The translations under genes and the position numbers were made by a program. From Candidatus Micrarchaeota archaeon (GTDB lineage: Archaea; Micrarchaeota; Micrarchaeia; Micrarchaeales; Micrarchaeaceae), in contig CAYPBZ010000001.1 of the NCBI GenBank assembly GCA_964409135.1, positions 26,535-90,534 on the forward strand: 64,000 nt of DNA, given 5' to 3'. The notes under the pieces are model-generated. The model did not search any database. It was not told the origin of the DNA and worked only from the letters and a program-made list of their open reading frames with translations. Positions 34,893 through 44,836 of the stretch are shown in pieces; the first letter of the stretch is position 1, and each line of letters begins with the position of its first letter.

Positions 34893-36284
34893 ATGCCAAA
34901 TAGGATAGAGGATGACGTGCTCGGGCCCGTGAAGGTCGATTCATCCGCATACTATGGCTCTGAGACGCAGAGGGCCATACAGAACTTTCCAATATCTGGA
35001 CTGCGCATGCCGCGGAGCTTCATACGCGCCTACGTAATCCTGAAAAGGTCGGCTGCCACATCGAACATGATGATAGGCAAGCTTGACAAGAAGATGGGCA
35101 CTGCCATAACACATGCATGCGACGAGATACTTGAAGGTAAGCTGTCCGACCAGTTCGTCGTTGACGTGTTCCAAGCGGGTGCAGGAACAAGCACGAACAT
35201 GAATGTCAATGAGGTCATAACGAACCTGGCGATACGGCTGCTCAAGGGCAGGTTAGGGGATTACAGTATCGTGCACCCGAACGACCATGTCAATATGTCC
35301 CAGTCGACCAACGACACGTTCCACTGCGCCACAAGGATTGCGGCGTATGCCGAACTCGGCTCACCGCTGCTACACGCGCTCGAGCGTCTCAAAAAAACCC
35401 TCGCGGCGAAGTCCGGCGAGTTCCGTTCTGTGGTTAAGATAGGAAGGACACATATCCAGGATGCAGTGCCTATGACGTTCGGGCAGGAGTTCTCTGGCTA
35501 TTCGGAATCTGTAGGATACTGTATAAGCAATATAAGGGGTGCGATGAAAGGCCTTCTTGAGCTGCCGCTCGGCGGCACTGCTCTCGGCACAGGGATAAAC
35601 GCCTCGGAAAGCTATGCAAAACACACCCTCTCCGAGATAAACAAGAGCACGAAGGCCCGCTTCTTCATAGCGAAGAACAGGTTCGCAGCCATGCAGAACG
35701 AGTATGCCGAGCTCATGTGCGGCGATGCACTGAAGAACACAGCGATAACCTTGAACAAGATAGCGAACGACTTCCGTCTCCTTAGCTCTGGCCCTAGGGC
35801 AGGAATCAACGAGATCGTACTTCCTCCGGTGCAGCCCGGATCCTCCATAATGCCTGGCAAGATAAATCCAAGCATGGCGGAGATGCTCAGTATGGTCTGC
35901 TTCCAGGTGATGGGATGCGCAGCCGTGATCGACGAGGCGGCAAACTCCGGCCAGCTCGAGCTTAACATCTTCATGCCCATAATCGCATACAATCTGCTGT
36001 TCTCTATACAAATACTGTCCAATGGGATATCGGCATTTGAGAAGAGGTGTGCGCGCGGCGTAAAGGTGAACAAAGATGTCGTAAAGAAGTATGTGGACTC
36101 CAGCACCGCGGTCGCCACCGCGCTGTCTCCATACATCGGATATGCCAAGGCCGCCGAGATAGCGAGGGAGGCATACCTTAAGAACAAGAGCATCATCGAC
36201 GTGTGCATCGAGAGGAAGGTGATGACGACGGATGAGCTCAAGAGGATACTGGACCCGAAGAGGCTTACGCAGATAGAGGACTGA
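34893..36284 (+). CDS. fumC: Class II fumarate hydratase
   Basis: 'GSSIMPGKINP' signature, 'QNFPISGLRMP' and 'TFGQEFSGY'. Start placed at ATG 34893 (MPNRIEDD), with a TATA-like 'catataaaaaat' about 40 nt upstream. Confidence 0.88.
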   Translation: MPNRIEDDVLGPVKVDSSAYYGSETQRAIQNFPISGLRMPRSFIRAYVILKRSAATSNMMIGKLDKKMGTAITHACDEILEGKLSDQFVVDVFQAGAGTSTNMNVNEVITNLAIRLLKGRLGDYSIVHPNDHVNMSQSTNDTFHCATRIAAYAELGSPLLHALERLKKTLAAKSGEFRSVVKIGRTHIQDAVPMTFGQEFSGYSESVGYCISNIRGAMKGLLELPLGGTALGTGINASESYAKHTLSEINKSTKARFFIAKNRFAAMQNEYAELMCGDALKNTAITLNKIANDFRLLSSGPRAGINEIVLPPVQPGSSIMPGKINPSMAEMLSMVCFQVMGCAAVIDEAANSGQLELNIFMPIIAYNLLFSIQILSNGISAFEKRCARGVKVNKDVVKKYVDSSTAVATALSPYIGYAKAAEIAREAYLKNKSIIDVCIERKVMTTDELKRILDPKRLTQIED

Positions 36285-36426
36285 CTCTGCTCGCTGCGGA
36301 TGCCGGACCCCTACTATTATAAAATATCATTGTTTCCGGAGCAGCGGTCCTTGCAATATCACTAATCATGACAAGAGGCAGTATCTCTACACGGAAAAGA
36401 CGCGGCTATGCCACAATAAATAGGAG

Positions 36427-36524
36427 TGGACTTCGCGGGATTTTCATGCTGCGCATCGCGGAGCATTTTGAACCCGCAACCTCCTGCCTGCCAGGCAGGC
36501 GCGCTACCGTTGCGCTAGAAGCCC
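36427..36524 (-). tRNA. tRNA-Ala (anticodon GGC) with a 26-nt intron inside the T-loop
   Basis: Minus strand reads GGGCTTC-TA-GCGC-AACGGTA-GCGC-G-CCTGC-CTGGCAG-GCAGG-AGGTT-GCGGG-TTCAAA[ATGCTCCGCGATGCGCAGCATGAAAA]T-CCCGC-GAAGTCC-A. G3.U70 is present. The intron (about 36441-36466) forms an ATGCT/AGCAT helix flanked by A-rich bulges. Confidence 0.8.
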
Positions 36525-36589
36525 ACAGAATGTAATTGTGTGGAATATTTATATTCGTTCCCAAATGTAGACTGTCACCAACAGTAATC

Positions 36590-36829
36590 TCAGGAAGAGA
36601 CGGGCGACACATATATTATGTTGCCTCCCCTTAGGAGTATCGTCCCGAGCTTTGCTTTCAGCTCCCCATCAGAGAGCTCTTCTGAGTTCTCCAGGACTAC
36701 GTTCATGTGGGCATCGAAAGACATCAGGGTGCCGCGCACGGCCATCCCTCCTTTGAGCCTTATCAGAACCTGATTGCCGGTTGACTTGCTCAGAATGTCG
36801 AACGGCCTTTCTTGTGGCATATGTTTCAT
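36590..36829 (-). CDS. Archaeal Sm-like protein (SmAP/LSm)
   Basis: 'VLIRLKGGMAVRGTLMSFDAHMNVVLE..ILLRGGNIIYV' Sm1/Sm2 motifs. Confidence 0.9.
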   Translation of the reverse strand: MKHMPQERPFDILSKSTGNQVLIRLKGGMAVRGTLMSFDAHMNVVLENSEELSDGELKAKLGTILLRGGNIIYVSPVSS

Positions 36830-36873
36830 CCCTAGAATAGATAGCTTTCTTTCAACAGCAACATTCTTAACCC

Positions 36874-37938
36874 TTACTGTTTGGGCGGCTTCACTCTCTC
36901 GATATCGTCGTTCTTTATCATCAGCTTGACCTTCCCGGTGCCGACTGTTATCTGCTTGCCTATTATAACGTTCTCAGCCACACCTCTTAATCTGTCCGTC
37001 TCGGAGTAGAACCCTGCATTGACAAAATGTTTTATCGTCTCCTCATAAGCTGCCCTGGCGAACACAGAGTCCTTGTCTCCTGCGAGCCCGTGCCTGCCTA
37101 TGCTCTTTATCTTGCCGGAGTATACCATAGTGTCGGCAAGGAGCGCGATGTGCTTGAAGTTCATCGAGACGCTCTCGTCATCCAGTACAAACATTATCTC
37201 ACTCGCTATCGCGTTCCTAGCTGCTTCGACTCCGAACACCCCCAATACCTCGAATATGTCGTTGGTATAAATGTTGTCCGGCTCCACTCCTTCTATCTCT
37301 AACGCCCCGTTCATGTTGCTTCCGCTCGTTGCTATGTAGAACTCGTTCTTCTCTTCGTTTATCACAGCCTTGGACACTCCAGGCACGCCGCTTATTATCT
37401 CATCGCGTATGTGTACGAAAGCGGTCCTCGCAGCTTTTATATCCTTCCTCTTCCTGTGCCTCACGGTCACCTCGTTCCTCTCATTCGACACCTCGACATT
37501 GTCGAATCTTGAGGATATTATGTTCATTATCTTAGCGATGGTGACCGAGCGCTCCGACATCGCCTCCTTGTTGAAGTGCAGCACCATGGTGCCGGCCTTC
37601 AGATTCTCCTCGAAGCCATTTATGAGGGACTTTACCCTGACCTCCTCGAGCTTCTGCTTTATCTCCCTGACCTTCTCATAATCCTTCGCCGTTGCCTTGC
37701 CGAACCTTATGGTCATCATAGCGTTCTTGGGCCTCTTCCTGGCATCCACTATCTCTACGAGCCTCGGCAGCCCGGACGAGATGACTCTCGACGATATACC
37801 AGCGGCATGAAGCGCCCTGAGGACCATCTGCGTGGACCTCTCCCCGAATGACTGTGCTGTCACGACACCTACCGGCTCGCCGTACGCGACAGACCTGCTC
37901 GCCTGCTTTGATGATGGTTTTCCTTCCATATGAATCAC
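36874..37938 (-). CDS. rpoA2: DNA-directed RNA polymerase subunit A''
   Basis: 'GEPVGVVTAQSFGERSTQMVLRALH'. ATGA-type overlap with rpoA1. Confidence 0.95.
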   Translation of the reverse strand: MIHMEGKPSSKQASRSVAYGEPVGVVTAQSFGERSTQMVLRALHAAGISSRVISSGLPRLVEIVDARKRPKNAMMTIRFGKATAKDYEKVREIKQKLEEVRVKSLINGFEENLKAGTMVLHFNKEAMSERSVTIAKIMNIISSRFDNVEVSNERNEVTVRHRKRKDIKAARTAFVHIRDEIISGVPGVSKAVINEEKNEFYIATSGSNMNGALEIEGVEPDNIYTNDIFEVLGVFGVEAARNAIASEIMFVLDDESVSMNFKHIALLADTMVYSGKIKSIGRHGLAGDKDSVFARAAYEETIKHFVNAGFYSETDRLRGVAENVIIGKQITVGTGKVKLMIKNDDIERVKPPKQ

Positions 37939-40415
37939 TCTGAAACCTCGTACATCGTGTCTATCCCATCTGCCCCGTATACTGGTTGGATGAGGTCTCC
38001 TGATGCGGCTCTCACGCTCATGTCCGAATCAACATACACGTCCTGCAGCGCATGTATCATTCTCCTGTACAGGTAGCCGCTCACTGCGGTTATGAGGGAC
38101 TTACCCATCGTGGAGTCGCGCGCGCCTATCGCATGCATGTAGAATTCCACAGGCTCCAGCCCCTCCATGTACGACGAGGATATAAATCCTCTAGACTTAG
38201 GTGATACGTCGGAGCGCCTGAAGTACGGGAGGACCCTGCCGGTGTAGCCTCTTGTTATGCGCAGGCCGCGCACAGACTGCTGACCCAGGAACATGAGCAT
38301 CTGCACGAGGTTTAGTATGCTCCCTCTTGCTCCGAGGGTTGGTATGAGGTAGGCGGTATTGGTCTCGCTCATCGTTTTATCCATGTAATCCGCAGCCATC
38401 TCTCTGGATCTTCCTGTTGTTGAATGCGCAAGCATCTCATATGTCTCCTTGCGCGTGTACCCTGGCAGTAGCGTCATCTTGTTGGACCTGTATTCCTTGA
38501 ACAGCTTGGCTGCCCTGGTGGAAACCCCTTCCACTATCTTCTCACTCTCTCTTCTCATGCTCTCGTTAGCGAGGTAATCCCTTATCCCAACGGAGAATCC
38601 GTTAATGTAAACAACATGGTATGAGATCTTTGTGAGCCTGTGTAGGAACTCGACAATCGCCTCGTTCCCGTACTCCAGGTATATCTTCCTGAGAAGCATC
38701 CCATTGCCTCCGATTATGCTCTTCTTCCCTACGAACCCCTGTAGTAAATGGCCATCCTTTATCACTACGCCGGCGCTTCCTCCCTCCTCGTAGTCCAGGT
38801 CCTTGGGCAGCAGCATGGAGAATATGTCCTTGCCTGTGTACATACCATTAGTCTCATGCTCAGGCAGGGACTCTATGCCGATGCCAGACAGAAGCATGCA
38901 CGCCTCCTCCTTTGTGAACATGCGACCCTCTTTCGTGAGCATATACGCTCCGACTATGCCGTCCTCGTCCGCATGCATGACAGGAAGGCCGTCTCTTGAG
39001 GAGAGCATGAGGTCCATGGGTCTCATCAGGTAGCGTGCCTCTGATATGGCCTCCACCGTCTGGGGTATGTGCAGGTTCATCTCGTCTCCGTCGAAGTCAG
39101 CACCATAGGGTGTGGTGGCGTTTACCGAGAGTCTCATCGCCTTCCCACCAAGGACCCTAACCGTGTGCGCCATTATAGAGACCTTGTGGAGGGTCGGCTG
39201 CCTGTTGAACAGTGCTATATCCCCATCGATGAGCTGGCGCTCCAGAGTCCATCCCTGCTCAAGCGCCTCTACAAGATCCTCTTTATTCGACTCTGTCACA
39301 CGCTTCCTCACCCCGTCAGGGCTTATGACGTTCAGTGCCATCGGGTACTCCTTCGCCCTTATGAGGCTCTTCGCGTAGTCCATATTCCAGAGGGTGATGT
39401 GCAGCGGCACTGTGAGCCTCTCTGCTATTATATTCGATATGCCGACCTCGTTCACTGTCAGGCTGGGATCCACGCAGATAACAGTGCGTGCAGTGAAGTT
39501 CACGCGCTTCCCACTCAGGTTGTAGCGCAATCTGCCTTCCTTACCCTTCAGCCTGTGCGCTAGGGTCTTAAGCGGTCTTGTGCTTCTGTGCCTCGCTACT
39601 GGCACGCCTGGCGTCTCATTGTTGAAGTATGTCGTTACATGATACTGCAGAAGCTCCCACAAGTCGTCTATTATTATCTGGGGCGCTCCGGCGTCTATGT
39701 CCTGCTCGAGCCTCTGGTTTATCCTCATGACCTCAACAAGCTTGTGTGCTATGTCGTCCTCGCTCCTGTCACCGTTTTCAAGTGTTATGGATGGCCTAAC
39801 ATTTACTGGAGGGACAAGTAGGACACTGAGCACCAGCCATTCCGGCCTTGTCATCTTCGGGTCTATGCCGAGGAGCTCAAGGTCCTCGTCGCTGATCCTG
39901 GACAGCCAGTCCTTTATGCTGTCAGGCTTCAGCCGCTCCCCATCGAGGTAGAAGAACGTCGGCCTCTCGAGCTTCAGCTTCCTCTGCTTGGAGCCGCAGT
40001 ACGGGCATTTTCTCACAGTCCTGAGCCTCGACATCTTTTGCGGCTTTCCTGATTCAGTCACATTGCCTATGGACTTCTCGCTCATTAGTATTCTGTAGCA
40101 GTTGTCGCACGTCGACTGCAGAAGGTTGAATATCAGCTTCGCGAACTCCGAGTGTATGACTGGCCTTACGAGCTCTATGTGTCCGAAGTGCCCCTGACAG
40201 GTCTTGGCTCTGCCTCCGCATGTCTTGCACTTCAGACCAGGGTCAACGACACCGAGGCGCTGGTCAACGAGCCCCCCGTCTATTGGATAACCATCTTCAT
40301 TGTATGTATCTGGCACTATGAGCTTAGCTACGCTGATCTTCCGTATCCTTTCCGGGCTTATTATGGAAAATTTCACGTTGTCTATCGATTCTGCTTGCAT
40401 AATACCACTAATCAC
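37935..40415 (-). CDS. rpoA1: DNA-directed RNA polymerase subunit A'
   Basis: Zn motifs 'CKTCGG..CQGHFGHIEL' and the catalytic 'YGADFDGDEMNLH'. Confidence 0.97.
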   Translation of the reverse strand: MISGIMQAESIDNVKFSIISPERIRKISVAKLIVPDTYNEDGYPIDGGLVDQRLGVVDPGLKCKTCGGRAKTCQGHFGHIELVRPVIHSEFAKLIFNLLQSTCDNCYRILMSEKSIGNVTESGKPQKMSRLRTVRKCPYCGSKQRKLKLERPTFFYLDGERLKPDSIKDWLSRISDEDLELLGIDPKMTRPEWLVLSVLLVPPVNVRPSITLENGDRSEDDIAHKLVEVMRINQRLEQDIDAGAPQIIIDDLWELLQYHVTTYFNNETPGVPVARHRSTRPLKTLAHRLKGKEGRLRYNLSGKRVNFTARTVICVDPSLTVNEVGISNIIAERLTVPLHITLWNMDYAKSLIRAKEYPMALNVISPDGVRKRVTESNKEDLVEALEQGWTLERQLIDGDIALFNRQPTLHKVSIMAHTVRVLGGKAMRLSVNATTPYGADFDGDEMNLHIPQTVEAISEARYLMRPMDLMLSSRDGLPVMHADEDGIVGAYMLTKEGRMFTKEEACMLLSGIGIESLPEHETNGMYTGKDIFSMLLPKDLDYEEGGSAGVVIKDGHLLQGFVGKKSIIGGNGMLLRKIYLEYGNEAIVEFLHRLTKISYHVVYINGFSVGIRDYLANESMRRESEKIVEGVSTRAAKLFKEYRSNKMTLLPGYTRKETYEMLAHSTTGRSREMAADYMDKTMSETNTAYLIPTLGARGSILNLVQMLMFLGQQSVRGLRITRGYTGRVLPYFRRSDVSPKSRGFISSSYMEGLEPVEFYMHAIGARDSTMGKSLITAVSGYLYRRMIHALQDVYVDSDMSVRAASGDLIQPVYGADGIDTMYEVSE

Positions 40416-42234
40416 TCTTCATGTTTATCCTGGCAAGTATGTGCATCGACTTGAGCTCGTCGAGCAGAAGCTTGAAAGCATAGCTTATCTCCACGCTGTC
40501 AACCTTGGAGGTGTTGCACGCCTGGCACACCGCAGTGTTCTTCATGCGGTCGAAATATCCTGTGTCTCCACACTCCCTGCATATCCATGCTGTTGCCTTG
40601 TCGCTCTGGTCCAGCATGCGGTCCTTGAGCAGCAGCGATGCTCCGTGCCCTACGAGCGCGTCGCGCTCCATCTCTCCGAATCTTATTCCTCCGCTTCTCG
40701 GCTTCCCCTCTGTGGGCTGCCTTGTAAGTATCTGCACAGGCCCACGGCTCCTTACCTGGAGCTTCAGGCTTGTCATCTGCCATAGCCTCATGTAATATGA
40801 TGGGCCGGTGAACACTGCGGATGTGAAACGCTTGCCAGTCCTGCCATCATAAAGCACATCGTCCCCATGGCGGTCGTATCCTGCCTTCTCGAGTATGTCG
40901 CCGTACTCCTTTACGAGGTCGGATCCCTTCCTCGAAAACGGGGTGCCGTCCATCCTCACACCCTTCACTGCCGCGGCCTTGCATCCAAGCATCTCTAGTA
41001 TATGGCCGAATGTCATCCTGTTCGGGAGGCCCATGGGATTGAGAAGGAGGTCTGGGATTATCCCATCCTTAGTGAATGGCATGTCCTCCTGCGGAACTAT
41101 GGCGCCTATCACGCCCTTCTGGCCGTGCCTCGACCCGAACTTGTCGCCGTGCTCCGGCACCATCTCACTCCTTACTACGACCTTCACTACCTTTGTCGTG
41201 CCGGCAGTCTCTGTCACAAGGACATTGTCAACTATGCCTGATTCCCCGGACTTCAGCTTTGTTGAGTTGTCGCGGCTCTTGTCTATGCCTGCACCGAACG
41301 CTGTCTGCTCCTCCAGGAACCTCGGAGGAGATGTCTTCCCTATTATTATGTCACCCATGTCCACACTCATACCCTCCTCGACTATGCCATCGTCTCCCAG
41401 CTTGGAGTATGCCTCCTCGCCCTCGTAGCTCTCGACTGTCGGACTGGGTATGATGAACCTGTCCTGCTGACCACCAGGGTATCTTCTCTCCTCGTCAGAA
41501 TATGTCTTGAAGAATGTGCTCCTCCCTACCCCTCTCTCTACAGAGGCGCGGTTGACCACAATCGCATCACTCATGTTGTACCCGTAGAACGTTGATACAG
41601 CGACTATAAGGTTCTGTCCGCTGGCGTGCTTGGAGAGGTTCGCGTGCTTATAGACCGCGCTCTCGATGAGCGGGTTCTGCGGATAGTACAGAAGGTACGA
41701 GCGGGCGCTGAACCTGTTATTAAAGTTCATTGTCGGCAGGCCCTGCGCCTGCTTCATCAGCTGCCATGATAAAGGGTGCTTTCCCACAGTGTTGAACTCG
41801 GGGAACACGCTGCTGTTGACCGTAAACCCGAACATTATGGCCGGGTCCACCTCTAAGTGGGTTGTTGAGGGCCCTATCTCGTCCTCGCGCATCACCGCGT
41901 TTATATTTTCCTCTTCTTCCGCATCTAGATACTCGATTATGCCGCGCCTGACCAGGTAGTTGAAGTCTATCTCGCGATTCTTGAGCTTCTCCTCAGTAGG
42001 TGCGTCGAACCTGCTCTTCCCCGATTCTACCACTATGTAAGGCTTGCGCACCCTTCCCTTATCAGCGTTTATGTGCACCTCGTTGATCTTCTTCACGTAT
42101 GCTACGTTTATCTCTCCGGATATGAGACCCTTCCGCCTGTTTGCGCGCACCTTGTCCGCGAAGGCGTTCCCGTCCTGCACATCACCTATGCGCTTCCCGT
42201 CAAGGAACACGATACATGTAGGGTTGTCTTCCAT
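40408..42234 (-). CDS. rpoB1: DNA-directed RNA polymerase subunit B' (C-terminal part of split RpoB)
   Basis: 'GDKFGSRHGQKGV', 'GGIRFGEMERDAL' and a C-terminal Zn ribbon 'CRECGD..CQAC'. Confidence 0.95.
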   Translation of the reverse strand: MEDNPTCIVFLDGKRIGDVQDGNAFADKVRANRRKGLISGEINVAYVKKINEVHINADKGRVRKPYIVVESGKSRFDAPTEEKLKNREIDFNYLVRRGIIEYLDAEEEENINAVMREDEIGPSTTHLEVDPAIMFGFTVNSSVFPEFNTVGKHPLSWQLMKQAQGLPTMNFNNRFSARSYLLYYPQNPLIESAVYKHANLSKHASGQNLIVAVSTFYGYNMSDAIVVNRASVERGVGRSTFFKTYSDEERRYPGGQQDRFIIPSPTVESYEGEEAYSKLGDDGIVEEGMSVDMGDIIIGKTSPPRFLEEQTAFGAGIDKSRDNSTKLKSGESGIVDNVLVTETAGTTKVVKVVVRSEMVPEHGDKFGSRHGQKGVIGAIVPQEDMPFTKDGIIPDLLLNPMGLPNRMTFGHILEMLGCKAAAVKGVRMDGTPFSRKGSDLVKEYGDILEKAGYDRHGDDVLYDGRTGKRFTSAVFTGPSYYMRLWQMTSLKLQVRSRGPVQILTRQPTEGKPRSGGIRFGEMERDALVGHGASLLLKDRMLDQSDKATAWICRECGDTGYFDRMKNTAVCQACNTSKVDSVEISYAFKLLLDELKSMHILARINMKSD

Positions 42235-42235
42235 A

Positions 42236-43708
42236 TCACATCAACTCCAGCTTCTTGAGGCTGTCAGTGAACTGCTTATTGTCCGCTCCTATAGTGACCC
42301 TCGCCATGAGCGCGAGGTATTTAGTGAGCCCGACGGACGTCCCTTCCGGCGTCTCTGTGGGGCATATCTTCCCTATTGTTGTGCCATGCACATCCCTTGC
42401 GAGGTAATTCGAATGGCGCTTGGCCAGTGTGGACTTCACCCTGCGTATGTGGGCCAGGCTGCTTGTGAAGTTGAGCCTGTCCAGGACCTCCGACACTCCT
42501 GTCTGTCCCGTCGGCCATGTCCCTGTGCCCATGGCGTAGAGTATCCTGTCCCTGAGGGTGTCAGGGTTTATGTTGGTGTGCATGGTCATCCTCCTTCCAC
42601 GCGCATTCGTCCTCTCCACCCTGTATGTTATGTCGCGGATGAACGCCTTGAACGCTGAGCTGAAAAGTTCCTCAAGCAGGTCGCCGGCAAGCTTCACCCT
42701 CTTGTTGGCGTAGTGGTCCTTATCCTCGGGCTTCATATGGCCGTACGCAACCAGGGATGAGCGCTCTGCCATCTTTATGAGATAATGCGCCTTCTCCAGT
42801 CTATCCTGCTTCGTTGTGCCTATGTGCGGCAGTATGTAAGTGTCAAGCTGTGACTCAGCGCGCTTGATCTGATAGGATGTCGCCTGGTTGGGCGCCGATA
42901 TCCTGCCCATATAGGACATTACGTCCCTATCCGGTATCTCATTGGTCTGGCTTGTCTCTATATTCAGAAGCATATCATTCTTAGCGTCTTGGTCGTTTAT
43001 GAACTTTGTCGCATCGGGCAGGCTCATGCCAAGTGCGCGCAGCACAAGTATCATGTCTATCCCCTTGCTTATGGTCGGGAACAGCACAGAGTATATTCCG
43101 TATTTGTCCCTGATCACGCTGCATCTCGCTCTGAAGTTGATGGTCGTTGACGTGACGCTCGTGGTCGTTCCGCCCTTCTTGTCCTTCGACACCATCATCC
43201 TGTTCGGAGCTATATCTTCTATCCCTACAAGCACACGTTCCGTGCCCTTTATTATGAAGTACCCTCCGTTATCGTACGGGTCCTCATGCTCGGCGATGAG
43301 CTGCTCCTTAGTCATGCTTTTGGTATAGCACAGATTACTCTTCACCATCACAGGCAGCTCGCCTATTAAGGTTTCGCGTACCTCGTCGAGCTTGGCTATA
43401 TTGCTTATCATAGGGGTGTATGTGGCATATATGAGCGCCGAATAGTTCAGGTTCCTAGCTATAGCCTCGTGTGGTAGTATCCTCTTCGCAGTGCCGTCAG
43501 ACTCCAGAACGACAGGAGGTGCGAACCTAGCATTGATTATCCTTATGGAGTAGTCGCGTATGTTCGGCTCTATCAGGCTGAGGTTCTCTACTATCCTGTG
43601 TATGCCGCTGCCTATGAATCTGTTATAGCTGTCAATCTGCTGCTGCGACAGTGGATTCGACTCCATATAACTCCTGATGATGTCGTGATCGTTGTCCATC
43701 AAAACCAC
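42236..43708 (-). CDS. rpoB2: DNA-directed RNA polymerase subunit B'' (N-terminal part of split RpoB)
   Basis: 'QQIDSYNRFI', 'GYFIIKGTERVLV' and 'CPTETPEG'. Confidence 0.95.
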   Translation of the reverse strand: MVLMDNDHDIIRSYMESNPLSQQQIDSYNRFIGSGIHRIVENLSLIEPNIRDYSIRIINARFAPPVVLESDGTAKRILPHEAIARNLNYSALIYATYTPMISNIAKLDEVRETLIGELPVMVKSNLCYTKSMTKEQLIAEHEDPYDNGGYFIIKGTERVLVGIEDIAPNRMMVSKDKKGGTTTSVTSTTINFRARCSVIRDKYGIYSVLFPTISKGIDMILVLRALGMSLPDATKFINDQDAKNDMLLNIETSQTNEIPDRDVMSYMGRISAPNQATSYQIKRAESQLDTYILPHIGTTKQDRLEKAHYLIKMAERSSLVAYGHMKPEDKDHYANKRVKLAGDLLEELFSSAFKAFIRDITYRVERTNARGRRMTMHTNINPDTLRDRILYAMGTGTWPTGQTGVSEVLDRLNFTSSLAHIRRVKSTLAKRHSNYLARDVHGTTIGKICPTETPEGTSVGLTKYLALMARVTIGADNKQFTDSLKKLELM

Positions 43709-43716
43709 AGAAGGGT

Positions 43717-43938
43717 TTAACTTTCTATGACGTATCTGTAGTATGTGTATTTGCCAGTGGGGTCCTCCCTGCTTATCGATACTAATTGTCCTGGGACGGC
43801 TCCAATCCTCTCTACCTGCGGATCGCTCTTCAGAAGTTTCGGGAATTTGTTAAGGGGTGTGTTATACTTCTCGGAGACCGCCTTTGCCTCGCTATCGCTC
43901 AAGACCTTATGTTCTAACAAGAGCTTTAGGGGGTTCAA
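43717..43938 (-). CDS. rpoH: DNA-directed RNA polymerase subunit H (Rpb5-like)
   Basis: 'LEHKVLSDSEA...LNKFPKLLKSDP..R.IGA.PG..V.I.R.....G....YR.V'. First gene of the rpo operon. Confidence 0.9.
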   Translation of the reverse strand: MNPLKLLLEHKVLSDSEAKAVSEKYNTPLNKFPKLLKSDPQVERIGAVPGQLVSISREDPTGKYTYYRYVIES

Positions 43939-44070
43939 GGGTTCACCGTATCAGCAACAAACAATATACACTAACCCTGACAGCCAGTGCAAAGACACGT
44001 CAAGCAAATATTTATGTAGAAAGTATTATAAAGGTTGCCGAAAGGGCTGTTTACTTTATTATTTCGGAGG

Positions 44071-44119
44071 TTTCTCGCGTGTTTGTCGGAACGCGCAAAT
44101 CACTCCAAATCCTCAGGAG
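44071..44119 (+). repeat. Left arm of a 49-bp imperfect inverted repeat (30-bp perfect core 44090-44119)
   Basis: tttctcgcgtgtttgtcggAACGCGCAAATCACTCCAAATCCTCAGGAG. The core is identical to the reverse complement of 45948-45977. Confidence 0.9.
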
Positions 44120-44224
44120 CAGCGGTCTGGCAATCTTCATGTCAGAATCCTATCGACATGTGGAACCAGAAAAACTAGAAAACAGGGTAACATATAAGAA
44201 TGCTGATGTAGAAATAGGCAGTGC

Positions 44225-44342
44225 GGCGAGGTAGCTCAGCCTGGTTAGAGCGCTAGACTCATATGCACAGCATCATGAGTGACGAGCATTTATGCTATGA
44301 CGAGACATCTAGAGGCCGCGGGTTCAAATCCCGCCCCCGCCA
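44225..44342 (+). tRNA. tRNA with anticodon CAU (elongator Met or Ile2) and a 43-nt canonical-position intron
   Basis: GGCGAGG-TA-GCTC-AGCCTGGTTA-GAGC-G-CTAGA-CTCATA[43 nt, 44264-44306]A-TCTAG-AGGCC-GCGGG-TTCAAAT-CCCGC-CCCCGCC-A. A5.C68 mismatch. The anticodon stem lacks the three G-C pairs of initiators. Confidence 0.8.
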
Positions 44343-44345
44343 TTT

Positions 44346-44528
44346 TTGTTAATTATTAATGAACAACACACGGCAAAATTCACGCATAACGACTCCATAC
44401 ATGGATGCGATGGCTGTTGTAGCGGCGAGGAATTTAAAAAGTACGCCAAGGACCACAAAGAGGAACTACGACGAACCGGTCGTCCGGTCTACTGTTTTCG
44501 TCATGTGCCCAAAAATCAAGTTTTATAA
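44346..44528 (+). CDS. Hypothetical small Cys/His-containing protein (TTG start)
   Basis: 60-aa ORF from the track (..HGCDGCCSGEEF..YCFRH..). No ATG and no recognisable family. Confidence 0.2.
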   Translation: MLIINEQHTAKFTHNDSIHGCDGCCSGEEFKKYAKDHKEELRRTGRPVYCFRHVPKNQVL

Positions 44529-44560
44529 ATAATTCCTTTGGTAAATATAATGGTGTTATT

Positions 44561-44833
44561 GTGTCATTAATTCCAGGATTCAATGTGACTATCGGAACCA
44601 TAATTCTGGCTGTTCTGGTCGTTATCGGTATATTCATCCTGTCTAAAATAGGGAAGCTACTTCTAAAGTTGATACTGAACAGCGTTGTAGGAATAATCGC
44701 CATATTAGCGCTGGACTACATATTCAACACAGGCATACCACTGAAGCTATACGTTATAATAGCTACCGCACTGTTCGGCATACCGGCAGTGGGGGTCTTC
44801 CTTATACTGAGGCTGTTCGGGATCCCCCTATAA
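44561..44833 (+). CDS. BofA-like small integral membrane protein
   Basis: 90 aa. 'LLLKLILNSVVGIIAILALDYIFNTGIPL..ALFGIPAVGVFLILRLF' resembles the BofA family pattern. Confidence 0.5.
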   Translation: MSLIPGFNVTIGTIILAVLVVIGIFILSKIGKLLLKLILNSVVGIIAILALDYIFNTGIPLKLYVIIATALFGIPAVGVFLILRLFGIPL

Positions 44834-44836
44834 AGG

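Noticed and set aside
36406-36612. 68-aa minus-strand ORF
   Set aside because: It is explained entirely by tRNA-Ala (36427-36524) plus flanking spacer.
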